Assembly (NCBI GenBank): GCA_046347485.1
Contig: JAXMGB010000012.1
Location: 47,808-111,807 of the forward strand
Length of the DNA stretch: 64,000 nucleotides
Direction of reading: 5' to 3'
Source: Methylotetracoccus sp.
GTDB taxonomy: Bacteria; Pseudomonadota; Gammaproteobacteria; Methylococcales; Methylococcaceae
Both the position numbers and the translations under genes were made by a program. Under the pieces are notes generated by a model. That model ran no database searches, was not told the DNA's origin, and saw only the letters and a list, made by a program, of their open reading frames with translations. Positions 9,050-18,926 of this stretch are shown here, in pieces (the first letter of the stretch is position 1; every line of letters starts with the position of its first letter).

Positions 9050-9964
9050 TCAGCCCCAGTAGCTCTCGTGAGAGGCGGTCTCGACGCGCTGAGTGCTTCG
9101 ATTCAGGATCAGCGATATCGGTGGCGCCCCGTTCAGATGGTCAAGGGCGTTCAATACGTCTCCACGGGACGTCTTGCCGGCGGCAACGACGAACACGATC
9201 TGGCCGGCGAGCCGCGCCAGCAGGCTGGCCTCGCTGGTCGCCAGCAAGGGCGGACCGTCGAGAATGATGACGCGCTCCGAGTAGCGCGTCGCCAGATCGC
9301 GAATCAACGACGCCATCTTCGCGCTCGCCATCAGTTCGTTGATATGACCGATGCGCATTCCGGCCGGAATGATGCGGAGGTTGGGGATATCGGTCTGCAA
9401 CAGGACGTCGCTGACCTCGAGGTCGGAGCGCTGCAACAGATCGGACAGGCCGACCTTCTCCGAGAGACCGAAAAGACGCGTCGCTCCGCTGCGGCCGGTA
9501 TCGCAGTCGACCAGCAGCACGGTGCGATCCACCTCCATCGCGATGCTCATCGCCAGATTCGTCGACATGTACGTCTTGCCGTCGCCCGGCCCGGCGCTCG
9601 TGACGAGAATCAGGTTGCCATCGATGATCGGTTGCTCGGTGAGCCCCGCGGCATTCAACAGGAGTCGCCGCTTGACGATCCGCAACTCCTCGGCCAGACG
9701 GCTGTTCAACAGTCGCGGTGACAGGATCCCGGCACGCTCGAGCCGATTCAGGTCGATGTGCACGCTGCGCGACGCAAGGCTCGTCGAAGGTCCGAACTCC
9801 GATTCCGAGCCATACCGACCGCCCCCTCGCGACCCATCGCCGGGTGCTTGCGCGTCTACCGCGCCGCGCTCGGCGCCGGGCGCCGCGGATTCGTGGGACG
9901 GGGCTCGCGCGTGGACCCGAGCTTCGGACTCGGTGCGTGAGGATGGCTGCGACGTCTCGTTCAT
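9050..9964 (-). CDS. XrtA/PEP-CTERM-associated tyrosine autokinase (BY-kinase, TIGR03018-like)
   Basis: AEELRIVKRRLL, Walker A GPGDGKT, VLLVDCD, IILDGPPLL. Confidence 0.88.
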   Translation of the reverse strand: MNETSQPSSRTESEARVHARAPSHESAAPGAERGAVDAQAPGDGSRGGGRYGSESEFGPSTSLASRSVHIDLNRLERAGILSPRLLNSRLAEELRIVKRRLLLNAAGLTEQPIIDGNLILVTSAGPGDGKTYMSTNLAMSIAMEVDRTVLLVDCDTGRSGATRLFGLSEKVGLSDLLQRSDLEVSDVLLQTDIPNLRIIPAGMRIGHINELMASAKMASLIRDLATRYSERVIILDGPPLLATSEASLLARLAGQIVFVVAAGKTSRGDVLNALDHLNGAPPISLILNRSTQRVETASHESYWG

Positions 9965-10069
9965 GCTCTAGCTCCAGGCCCCGTGGACCGACGCGGATGG
10001 CGCCCGTTGGTAAGCCGGGCGATCCGCTTGCTGGATTGACTGGGTCCCCTGCCAGGCGGGATATGCCAC

Positions 10070-11239
10070 CTAGCCGGTCGCGAACTGCCGCACACTCTGC
10101 GCGGGACGGCAGGCATCCGTCAATTCTTCGACGACCTTGTCCTGTTCGGCCATCGTCATCTGCGGGTAGAGCGGCAGGATGACGCATCGATCCTGCGCTG
10201 CCTCGGAGTGTGGCAGCGGAACGCGCAGTTCGGCCGTCGCATAGGCCGGCTCACGGTGCGTACACATGACGCCGCGCCGCGTTGCAACGCCACGATCGAG
10301 CATTCGCTGCATGAGCGCGCGTTGATCCACATGATCGGGCAACCGCACACAGTAGCTCTGCCAGTTGGAGCGCGCCCATGCGGGCTCTTCCGGTATGCAG
10401 AGGCCCGGGATCTCGGCCAGGCGCTCCGCATAGCGTCGTCCCAATGCACGCCGTCTCTCGATGATTTCCGGCATCCGCGCCAACTGGGCCCGACCGACCG
10501 CGGCCTGGATATCGGTCATCCGATAGTTGTAACCGACCGTCGGATAGGACTCGAAGATGACCTGCGCGGCGCCATGGCGAACGGTGTCCGGAACACTCAT
10601 CGCATGCTGACGGAGCAGGCGGAACATCTGGTCCCATTCCGCACGCGAGGTCGTCAACATGCCGCCGTCGCCGGTGCTCATGACCTTGCGCGGGTGGAAC
10701 GAGAAACAGGCGATGTCGGCTTGCGGCGCGCCGATCCTCTGCCAGTCACCGTTCCACAGGATCTCGCTGCCGATGCCGCACGCGGCATCCTCGATGACCG
10801 GCAATGCGTGCTTGCGCGCGACCGCCGTGATCGCCGCGAGATCGCAAGGCAGACCGATCTGATGCACGCACAGGATGGCCTTCGTGCGATCACTGATCAC
10901 AGACTCGATCTGGCTCGGATCCATGTTGTACGTCGCCGGATCGATGTCGACGAATACCGGCTCCGCGCCGCAATAGCGGACCGCGTTCGCGGTCGCGATA
11001 TACGAATGGCTGACGGTGATGACCTCATCGCCGGGTCCGACGCCCACCGCCAGCAGCGCGAGATGTAGGGCCGTCGTGCAGTTCGAGACCGCGCAGGCAT
11101 GCGCTGCGCCGACGTACTCGGCGAACTCCCGTTCGAATGCCGCGACCTCGGGTCCTTGCGTAATCCATCCACTGAGTATCACGCGGCGTGCCGCATCGGC
11201 CTCGCGGTCACCCATCTCGGGTTTGGTAATCGGTATCAT
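10070..11239 (-). CDS. DegT/DnrJ/EryC1/StrS PLP aminotransferase
   Basis: MIPITKP, SNCTTALHL, IEDAAC, FSFHPRKVMSTGDGGM, GYNYRMTD; start overlaps upstream stop (ATGA). Confidence 0.92.
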   Translation of the reverse strand: MIPITKPEMGDREADAARRVILSGWITQGPEVAAFEREFAEYVGAAHACAVSNCTTALHLALLAVGVGPGDEVITVSHSYIATANAVRYCGAEPVFVDIDPATYNMDPSQIESVISDRTKAILCVHQIGLPCDLAAITAVARKHALPVIEDAACGIGSEILWNGDWQRIGAPQADIACFSFHPRKVMSTGDGGMLTTSRAEWDQMFRLLRQHAMSVPDTVRHGAAQVIFESYPTVGYNYRMTDIQAAVGRAQLARMPEIIERRRALGRRYAERLAEIPGLCIPEEPAWARSNWQSYCVRLPDHVDQRALMQRMLDRGVATRRGVMCTHREPAYATAELRVPLPHSEAAQDRCVILPLYPQMTMAEQDKVVEELTDACRPAQSVRQFATG

Positions 11240-12208
11240 GACTTCACCCCTTGGTTGCTGGCGCGCCACCAGTCGACCAGGCGCGCCAATCCCTCATCGA
11301 GTCCGACTGGCACGGAAGCCGAGCAGGCGCTCCGCTCGAGGTATCGCCAGACGGCGCGGTGACCGGATTGCCCTGGTGCTCTTGCCTGTATTCGGGTTCG
11401 GAGTTCCGAACCCATGACGCGCAACAAGGCATCGGCCACGCGTAGACTCGCCTGTCTCGCTACCGCTTGCGACGTTGAACACATCGTCCTCGACGTCGGC
11501 CTCGAGAGCGAGGATGTTCGAGCGAGCGACGTCCTCGATGTAGACGAAGTCCATTGTCTGCGTTCCATCACCGAGAATCAGCGGCGACTGACCCGCGGCG
11601 ATGCGCTCCATCCAGCGGACCAGCACCTCGGTGTATTTGCCGTGGATGTCCATGCGGGGGCCATAGACGTTGAAGTAGCGTAAGGCCACGTACGGTAGCC
11701 CGTACATGTCGTTGAACGAGCGCAGCAGACCCTCGAGCATGATCTTGCTCGCGCCGTACCAGGTGCGATTGTTGTAGGGGTGATGGTCTTCGTGGGTCGG
11801 AAAGACCTCGGCGAGGCCGTAGATCGATGCCGAGGACGCGGCGACTACCTTCTTAACCCCGGCAGCCTGCGCGGCCTCGAGTACATTGAAGCTGCCGTCG
11901 CACATCACTCCCAGGGCCTCGCGTGGTTCCGCGGCACACGCGGTGATGCGCAGCGTGGCCATGTGGATCACCGCATCCATGCCCGCGGTTGCGCGATGAA
12001 CCGCATCGATGTCGCGGATATCATCCCGCACCAATGTCACACGCGGGTCCTGCAACGCCTGCTCGACGTTGGCCAGCGTCCCCCGGCTCAGGTTGTCGAG
12101 GATGACGATGCGTCCCGGCGAGTAGTCACGTAGCAACAAGTCGATCGTCGTGGATCCGACCAGGCCGCAGCCACCCGTGACGAGGATACTGGAATCTTTG
12201 ATGTCCAT
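11236..12208 (-). CDS. NAD-dependent epimerase/dehydratase (SDR) with several apparent frameshifts in its last ~170 nt
   Basis: VTGGCGLVG, YGASK, LRYFNVYGP, DFVYIEDVA. Expected C-terminal motifs (ADALLRVMGS, PEY, NPV.RRL, AERLLGF, GLDEGLARLVDWWR) are spread over three frames at 11290-11460. Confidence 0.85.
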
Positions 12209-12365
12209 GAATTCTGACCGTTTGGATCTGCTTGAAAGTTAGGTCCCGAAAAATCCCGGGGAACTCGGGGGGATGAACGATCCCGAGGGCGCCGCTTGAG
12301 CCGAACGGCTTATCGCGCACCGACCTTGTCGAGATACCTTGCATCGGGAAAGCGCTTGTACGCGA

Positions 12366-13391
12366 TCACCAGGGAGAGAACGGCTGTCCGAACGCGTGCG
12401 CCGGATGATCGGGTATCGAGACGTAGCGCAGCATTGCTTCGGCGGCCTTCAGACTGCCGCTTTGCAACCTGATGATCGGCTCCGGCCCGACTGCCGAGGG
12501 CAGTACGCCCATGTGTCCCAACGGCGGCGCTTCACGCGGCCAGAACTCGCAGCCGGCGGCGGTCAACGCCGCCCGATCGACATCACCCCAGTAGACCGCG
12601 ACCACGGCGCCTGGCCAGGTTTCAGCGATCGTCCTGATGTCCTCGGCGGAGAGGACCGGCGCGTCTCCCGGCGTCAGTGCAACGAGCACGGCGTCATAGG
12701 CGACATCGCGTGGCGCCGCATGCAGTTTCTCGACTCGGTCGACCGTCGCATTGGCCGACGTCAGATCGCGGACGATGAACGACCCGAACGCGTTGTCGCA
12801 CAACAGCAGAATGCGGCTCGAATAGACCGCAACCCCGGCATCGAAAAGCAACTTGACCGCCATCACGCCGAGGAACGAGAACACGTCGACCGCGCGGTGA
12901 CGCTCGTTCGTGCCCGTCATGCGGATTCCGCGCTTGCGGCACGCGGCGAGATCGATATCGCCATCGCGATACTCCCAGGCCTCGTACATCAGCGGTATCA
13001 CCGCGGTCGGCTTCATCCATGAGATCATCCGCGCGTCGATCGGCCTGACGTGACCACTGTTGGTCACGATGTCGGCCCGCGAGATCGCGGTTTCAGCCTT
13101 CTCCGTCACGACATCGACCCGCGCCGACACACCCGCGAGAGCTGCCAGCGACATGGTGTCGGCGGCTATCTGCGCAGCCGTGCCATAACGGGTCGTGCGC
13201 GTCACCGCGACGACCTGTCGAGCGCCGGCCATTGCCGCAAGTACCGGCGTGACCAAGTAGGCCCCCGAAGCCGCCTCGGTGAATACGTCGTAGCCACCCA
13301 GGTCGAGTTCGCAGCGATCGATGGCGGCCTTCATCAAGGTCACCAGGCGCCGGGGGTTCAAGCCCGGAACGGACGTCGCTAGCATGGTCAT
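12366..13391 (-). CDS. Uncharacterised protein with distant 2-hydroxyacid dehydrogenase-like features
   Basis: ATGA-coupled to the upstream DegT gene; ADIVTNSGHVRPID and DIDLAACRKRGIRMTGTNE resemble the 2-hydroxyacid dehydrogenase catalytic domain. Confidence 0.7.
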   Translation of the reverse strand: MTMLATSVPGLNPRRLVTLMKAAIDRCELDLGGYDVFTEAASGAYLVTPVLAAMAGARQVVAVTRTTRYGTAAQIAADTMSLAALAGVSARVDVVTEKAETAISRADIVTNSGHVRPIDARMISWMKPTAVIPLMYEAWEYRDGDIDLAACRKRGIRMTGTNERHRAVDVFSFLGVMAVKLLFDAGVAVYSSRILLLCDNAFGSFIVRDLTSANATVDRVEKLHAAPRDVAYDAVLVALTPGDAPVLSAEDIRTIAETWPGAVVAVYWGDVDRAALTAAGCEFWPREAPPLGHMGVLPSAVGPEPIIRLQSGSLKAAEAMLRYVSIPDHPAHAFGQPFSPW

Positions 13392-14491
13392 GTCGCGACC
13401 GTCAGTTGCTTCAGCGCCGCGGCTACCTGCTGCTGCATCGGGGCCGTAAGCTCGGCATACATTGGTAGCGACAGCACCTCGTTCGCTGCACGCTCGGCAT
13501 GGGGGAAATCGCCCTTCTGGTATCCGAGATCTGCATAGGCCGGCAGCAGGTGCACCGGAATCGGGTAATGAATGCCGGTCTGGATACCTTGAGCCTGAAG
13601 GGCATGCTGCCACTTCTCGCGTTCGGCGGTGCGTATCGCGTAGACGTGGTATACATGGCGCGCGTACTCCTTCGCTTCGGGTGTCGCGATACCGCTACCC
13701 GACAGCATCTCATCGTAGCGCGCGGCCGCGGCGCGGCGGCCTTCGGTCCAGCCTTCGAGGTAGCGCAGCTTGACGCGAAGCACGGCCCCCTGAATACCTT
13801 CCAGGCGGTAGTTGTAGCCTTTCAGTACATGGTGGTATTTCTGCTCCGCACCCCAGTCCCGCAGCATGCGGATCGTTCGGCGATAGTCATCGTTATCGGT
13901 AACGACCATGCCACCCTCACCGTAAGCGCCGAGATTCTTTCCCGGGTAGAAGCTGAAACAGGCCATGTCTCCAAGACTTCCTACGCGACGCCCCTTGTAC
14001 TCGGCGCCATGCGCTTGAGCGGCGTCCTCGATGACCACGAGCCCCCGGCGCTTCGCGATCTCCAGCAGCGGATCCATGTCGGCTGGTTGGCCATACAGGT
14101 GGACCGGGATGATCGCCTTCGTACGCTCGGTGATCGCCCCTTCGATCGCGTTGACGTCGATCGTGAACGTGGCCGGGTCGATGTCGACGAAAACCGGAGT
14201 GGCCCCGGTGTAGTAGATCGCCGCAACCGTTGCGACGAACGTGAACGGCACGGTGATGACCTCGTCTCCCGGACCGACGCCCGCGGCAAGCAGGGCCAGG
14301 TGCAAGGCACTAGTGCCGGTGTTGACCCCGATGCCGTGCTTGGCCTGGCAGTACGTCGCGAACTCGCTTTCGAATTCCGCGACCTCACTGCCGAGCGTAA
14401 ACTGACAACTTTCGAGGATGCCCTGGATCGCACTCGCAACCTCGTCCTTGATACCGGCGTACTGCGCCTTCAGATCGACGAACGGAATCAC
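13388..14491 (-). CDS. DegT-family aminotransferase (WbpE-like)
   Basis: MIPFVDLKAQY, PVHLYGQ, EDAAQAHGA, FSFYPGKNLGAYGEGG, IHYPIP. Confidence 0.93.
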   Translation of the reverse strand: MIPFVDLKAQYAGIKDEVASAIQGILESCQFTLGSEVAEFESEFATYCQAKHGIGVNTGTSALHLALLAAGVGPGDEVITVPFTFVATVAAIYYTGATPVFVDIDPATFTIDVNAIEGAITERTKAIIPVHLYGQPADMDPLLEIAKRRGLVVIEDAAQAHGAEYKGRRVGSLGDMACFSFYPGKNLGAYGEGGMVVTDNDDYRRTIRMLRDWGAEQKYHHVLKGYNYRLEGIQGAVLRVKLRYLEGWTEGRRAAAARYDEMLSGSGIATPEAKEYARHVYHVYAIRTAEREKWQHALQAQGIQTGIHYPIPVHLLPAYADLGYQKGDFPHAERAANEVLSLPMYAELTAPMQQQVAAALKQLTVAT

Positions 14492-15531
14492 TTGCTTCTC
14501 CCTTGGTTTTGAAGATGGATGGTCGCGCCGCGACCGCGCATCGAACTCGTGGCCGCCTCGATCAACTCGACGACCCGCAATCCCAGCATTCCTCCGGTAT
14601 GGGTCTCCTTACCCTGCTCGATGCACTCGACGAAATGAGTTCCTTCGACACGTAGAGCCTCGCTGGCGTCGATACGTGGCGCCCACATATCTCCGGTGCG
14701 ATAACCGACCCGCATCTCGTAGATCTGCTTGGGATCGTCGGTGAAACTGACACCCTTATCATAGACCTTGACCTTTTCACTGGGCTCGAGGTCGTCATAG
14801 GCGATCATCTTCTTGCTGCCGCCGAGCAGAATCTGACGCACCTTGACCGGTGCCAGCCAACTGACGCTGGTGTGCGCGATCATCCCCGAATCGTAGAAGA
14901 GGGTGATGTACGCGAGATTTTCCGGAGTACCCGGAAAGTGATTCGTGCCACTCGCCGATACCGCGGCCGGATGCTCGCCGAGCAGATAGTCGAGAATCGA
15001 GAAATCGTGCGCCGCGAGGTCCGAGATGACGTTGACATCGGTCTGGAACAAGCCGAGGTTCACGCGGATCGAGTCGTAATAGTAGACTTTCCCAAGGTCC
15101 CCGGCCTGAACCATCTCCTTCATCTTGGCGACTGCGCCGGTATAGATGAAGGTATGGTCAACGTTGAGAACCAGACTGCGCTTGTTCGCCTCGTCGATCA
15201 GCATTCGCGCCTGCAACGAGGTTTCAGTCATCGGCTTCTCGACCCACAGATGCTTGCCGGCTTTCAGTACCGCCATGCCTAGTTCGAAATGGGTGCTGAC
15301 CGGCGTCGCCACAGCCACCGCGTCGATATTGGGGTCCTGCAACAGGTCCTGGAACTGGGTCGTGGTCTTGACGCCCGGGTATCGTCGCTCGACGAGTTCG
15401 AGCTTCTTCGGGTCGAGATCGGAAACTGCCGCCACGCGGGCACCGGGCGTTTCAGAGAAATTCCTGACCAGGTTGGGGCCCCAATAGCCGTAACCGATAA
15501 TGCCGATATTGATCATGAGATCGAACTCCAT
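14488..15531 (-). CDS. Gfo/Idh/MocA oxidoreductase (sugar 3-dehydrogenase, WbpB-like)
   Basis: IGYGYWGPN, VEKPM, DLAAHD. Confidence 0.9.
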   Translation of the reverse strand: MEFDLMINIGIIGYGYWGPNLVRNFSETPGARVAAVSDLDPKKLELVERRYPGVKTTTQFQDLLQDPNIDAVAVATPVSTHFELGMAVLKAGKHLWVEKPMTETSLQARMLIDEANKRSLVLNVDHTFIYTGAVAKMKEMVQAGDLGKVYYYDSIRVNLGLFQTDVNVISDLAAHDFSILDYLLGEHPAAVSASGTNHFPGTPENLAYITLFYDSGMIAHTSVSWLAPVKVRQILLGGSKKMIAYDDLEPSEKVKVYDKGVSFTDDPKQIYEMRVGYRTGDMWAPRIDASEALRVEGTHFVECIEQGKETHTGGMLGLRVVELIEAATSSMRGRGATIHLQNQGRSK

Positions 15532-15650
15532 GTCGGTTGATTGATCCGGCGCGCAGGAAGCACCCCGGTTCTCCGCCTCCAGCGCAAGTCAGCGCTTGGC
15601 GGCTCGCACGGTTTCATAGACCCGACGCGAGAGGCTGGCGCGATCCGGCA

Positions 15651-16148
15651 CTAGTCGACCGTTGATTGGTCCGGCGTTTTGGTCCGCACGTCGCCGACGA
15701 CCCGCGCCGGAACACCGGCGACGACCGCAAAATCCGGTACGTCTCGCGTGACGACCGCACCGGCGCCGATCAGCGCGCCTTCGCCAATGACGACACCGCC
15801 GAGAATCGTTGCATGGGTGCCGATCGACGCTCGCTTGCGAACACGCGTCGTAACGACTTCCCAGTCGTCCTGGGTTTGCAATTCGCCTTCGTCGGTAACC
15901 GCTTTCGGATAGGTGTCATTGATGAACATGACACCATGGCCGATGAACACACCGTCCTCGACGGTGACGCCCTCGCAGATGAAAGTATGGCTGGAAATCT
16001 TGCAACGGGCGCCGATCGACACCCCTTTCTGGATCTCGACGAAAGTCCCGATCCGGGTCTCGGAACCAATCTCACAGCCATAAAGGTTCACGAGATCAGG
16101 ATGGTGAATAACCGCTCCTTCCCCCAGCTTGACGTCCTTAGTAATCAT
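15651..16148 (-). CDS. Hexapeptide-repeat acyltransferase (WbpD-like N-acetyltransferase)
   Basis: [42 protein letters not shown]. Confidence 0.9.
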   Translation of the reverse strand: MITKDVKLGEGAVIHHPDLVNLYGCEIGSETRIGTFVEIQKGVSIGARCKISSHTFICEGVTVEDGVFIGHGVMFINDTYPKAVTDEGELQTQDDWEVVTTRVRKRASIGTHATILGGVVIGEGALIGAGAVVTRDVPDFAVVAGVPARVVGDVRTKTPDQSTVD

Positions 16149-16234
16149 GTTTCGTTACCTAGTTGGATACCTAGTTGACGGCCCCGAAGCGCTCACGCTC
16201 CAGCATGCGCGGAGCGAACCGACATGCACCATTA

Positions 16235-16250
16235 AGCAAGACGCGCGCCA
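16235..16250 (-). promoter_or_regulatory. Sigma-54 promoter for the amino-sugar operon
   Basis: Minus strand TGGCGCGCGTCTTGCT, with an AT-rich IHF-like tract upstream. Confidence 0.75.
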
Positions 16251-16323
16251 TATTTCCTACTCATTGATTTATAGCACCAATTTGACAAACAAGTGGGACC
16301 GGCCAGAGATCATGCCGGAGAAA

Positions 16324-16340
16324 TGTAAACTGGCCGGACA
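16324..16340. promoter_or_regulatory. Enhancer site TGT-N11-ACA
   Basis: TGTAAACTGGCCGGACA, 74 nt upstream of the sigma-54 site. Confidence 0.72.
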
Positions 16341-16565
16341 ACTCCGATCGTGTCGGCTCGCTGACTCAGCTGTGATCTATTCGGAGCTTGCCGCCCAGGA
16401 GGGATGCATCGCCGAAATCGATCGCTCTAGGCGGTTGATTTCGGCAGATGGGGCAAAACCAGGTCTGGCCTCACCGGCGTAGAACGAAGCCAGGGTGGCT
16501 GTTGTTCAGAGCGAGCTTCGGACCAGGCGCCGGAGCGACACCTTGCCGGCCGGACGTCGGCTCGG

Positions 16566-18926
16566 TCAGAGTGTTCGCGCCGTCGTGGGCCGGCCATTGA
16601 CAGTCACCGAGATTCCGTTTCCGACGGCGATATCCAGATCACGCGGTGGCTCGGCGGAGTAGGTCACGGCGCAGTGATCGCCATCGAGTACGAGACTGGT
16701 AGCCGGTCGCGGCGAATGGAGCGTCAATGAATTCGGGACGCGCACGGTACGAACATTCGCCGCCCACAGGACCCCCGCGGAATTCTGGTACACGAGATCC
16801 GCAACGGCCGAAATCTCATCGTCGTTCCACGATGCCGAACCGTCGAGACCGACCCTGAGCGTGTGGCTGCCGCCCCCTTGCGGTTCTTCGATGCCCAAGC
16901 GCATCATGCTGTCACCGACATCGAGGCTTGGCGCCCAATCGCCACCGGTCGACAGCACCGTGACAATCCGGGCCGGGCCCCTGTTATACCCCTGGAGCAC
17001 GACCGCCTGCCCCGGGACCCGGACGCCATAGCTCGGCGAATACCAAACACCATCATCGGGGTCTGTGCCGGACCGTATCGCCAACGCGCAGGACGAGAGC
17101 GAATTCGCGAGCACACGGCCATCAAGGACAGAACCGTTTGGCGCGGTCAGTGTGAAGCTCATCCGTGCAGCGTCCAAAGCGATTCGGCAGTCAGGATGAA
17201 CGTGAAGCAGGGACTCGATCGAGTGCTCCCCGATCGAATCGAGAAGGTCGACGATCAACCAGAATCCCGGCCGGACGACCGTCGCGATCCGCCGGTGCCC
17301 GACCGGATCGGCGAGCCGTCGGTATCCATCATGTTCGCCATCGACGAGATCGAACCACTCGGTGGCGACCCAACGCCGGCACCGCGATCTCGCCTGGCTC
17401 ACCCAGGATAATCGGTCACCCAACTCCGATTGGTCACAAGCGTCGACGACGATCGTATTGTGGGCCCGGGTCGAACGGAACGCGTCGCGCCAGCGGTAAT
17501 CGAGGTTATACGAGTAGGTCCCGCAATCGACAAGGAAGGGGAAACCCGCAGCATGCACCTGAAGGCTCAGTGCATCGGCATGACCATGCGCCGCGGGCCC
17601 ATGGCCAAGCGGCCCGCAGTCGAACACCGTCACGGGGCTCGAGGGCTGCCAGCCCCCTCGCAGCACGTAGTAGCCTCCCCCCGGATAAGTGGCCGACAGG
17701 TGCGTCGGCGTCGACCGGGGCAGGTCGGCGTACAGCGCAATAGCCTCCGGACCGCCGAGCCACAAGAGTTCCTCGCTGGGCACTCCGCCGAGCACCCCTT
17801 TGAAATCGCCCCGACCAAAGCACGCGGCTCCCATGGCGATCAGGCCATGGTAGTCCGTGGGCGCGTCGGCCCGGCACCATAGCCCGCGGGAGTCGTCACC
17901 GTCGCAATAGGCCGGGGCCGATCCATCCGGATATAGCGCGTCGGCGAGGAACTCCGTCATCCGTTCGACACGCTCGAGCGTGGATTTAGGGAACTCACGG
18001 CCATTGGCCGCGAGCATCGCCATGACGAGATAGAAATGATCCAGGCAGAAACGGTGGTAGGCGATGCTGCGCTCGACGTGAACGCCATCGGGCGTGACCT
18101 GCCGCGCGACCTCCTGATTCAACAGCGACAGACCGAGGTCCAGCCAGCGCGGTGAGTTATTGCACGACAGAAATAGCCCGCCGACGACCAGCGCAGCCGC
18201 TTCGCCGATCAAGTGGGTGTTCGTGACACGGCCGGTCGAAAGATTCCGTTCGATGAACATCATGTGCTGCGCCAGGGAGCGAGCGAAGCGCTGCTCGAAC
18301 CCCTCGTCGACCGCATCAGCGAAGAACGGATAAGCCATGATCCAGGAAATCGCGCGGGCCCCTGATTCGAGAGCGCCGATCCAATGAATACCCGTATAGA
18401 TCGGATTGTCATCGATCCAGTCGGAGATCTGCCGGACGATCTCCTGCCCATACGCGGGATCGTCGTCCAGCCAGCCGAGCTTGCCGAGCGTAAAAAAATA
18501 CTGGTGCTTGTTCAGTTCCCAGGCGAGCTTGATGTCGCCGAGGCGATCCGGTCCGCGGTAGACGATGTCGGGCGAAAACACCCGTGGCCACTCACGGCCC
18601 GAGACCGGGTCCAGCGACCAGGCAATGTGCGGCCCGTGCACGGACGGATGGCCGAGCAGATCGATGTGGTGTGTCCTGAGGCGCGCCGCTTCCTCGCGCT
18701 CGCGCTCACACGCGGCCGCGAACGATTGACGGTACAGCGCGATATAGGAGGTCCGGCGTGAGACATCGACCGGGTGCCGAAACGATGTGGATACGGCAAC
18801 CTTGCCGGGTTCGGCAAGGGGCAGCCCCCAGCGATATCGCAAGCGCAGAGCGCGGGACTGCAACCTGCGGCCGATCCGCGTGATCAGATCCTCGATCCGC
18901 CCGGGTTCGGCGGTGCCTGCGCTCAT
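16566..18926 (-). CDS. Heparinase II/III / alginate lyase family protein
   Basis: DIKLAWELNKHQY, NTHLIGEA, ERSIAYH, AHGHADALS, DCGTYSY, FRSTRAHNTI; ATG at 18926 coupled to the asnB stop. Confidence 0.88.
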   Translation of the reverse strand: MSAGTAEPGRIEDLITRIGRRLQSRALRLRYRWGLPLAEPGKVAVSTSFRHPVDVSRRTSYIALYRQSFAAACEREREEAARLRTHHIDLLGHPSVHGPHIAWSLDPVSGREWPRVFSPDIVYRGPDRLGDIKLAWELNKHQYFFTLGKLGWLDDDPAYGQEIVRQISDWIDDNPIYTGIHWIGALESGARAISWIMAYPFFADAVDEGFEQRFARSLAQHMMFIERNLSTGRVTNTHLIGEAAALVVGGLFLSCNNSPRWLDLGLSLLNQEVARQVTPDGVHVERSIAYHRFCLDHFYLVMAMLAANGREFPKSTLERVERMTEFLADALYPDGSAPAYCDGDDSRGLWCRADAPTDYHGLIAMGAACFGRGDFKGVLGGVPSEELLWLGGPEAIALYADLPRSTPTHLSATYPGGGYYVLRGGWQPSSPVTVFDCGPLGHGPAAHGHADALSLQVHAAGFPFLVDCGTYSYNLDYRWRDAFRSTRAHNTIVVDACDQSELGDRLSWVSQARSRCRRWVATEWFDLVDGEHDGYRRLADPVGHRRIATVVRPGFWLIVDLLDSIGEHSIESLLHVHPDCRIALDAARMSFTLTAPNGSVLDGRVLANSLSSCALAIRSGTDPDDGVWYSPSYGVRVPGQAVVLQGYNRGPARIVTVLSTGGDWAPSLDVGDSMMRLGIEEPQGGGSHTLRVGLDGSASWNDDEISAVADLVYQNSAGVLWAANVRTVRVPNSLTLHSPRPATSLVLDGDHCAVTYSAEPPRDLDIAVGNGISVTVNGRPTTARTL

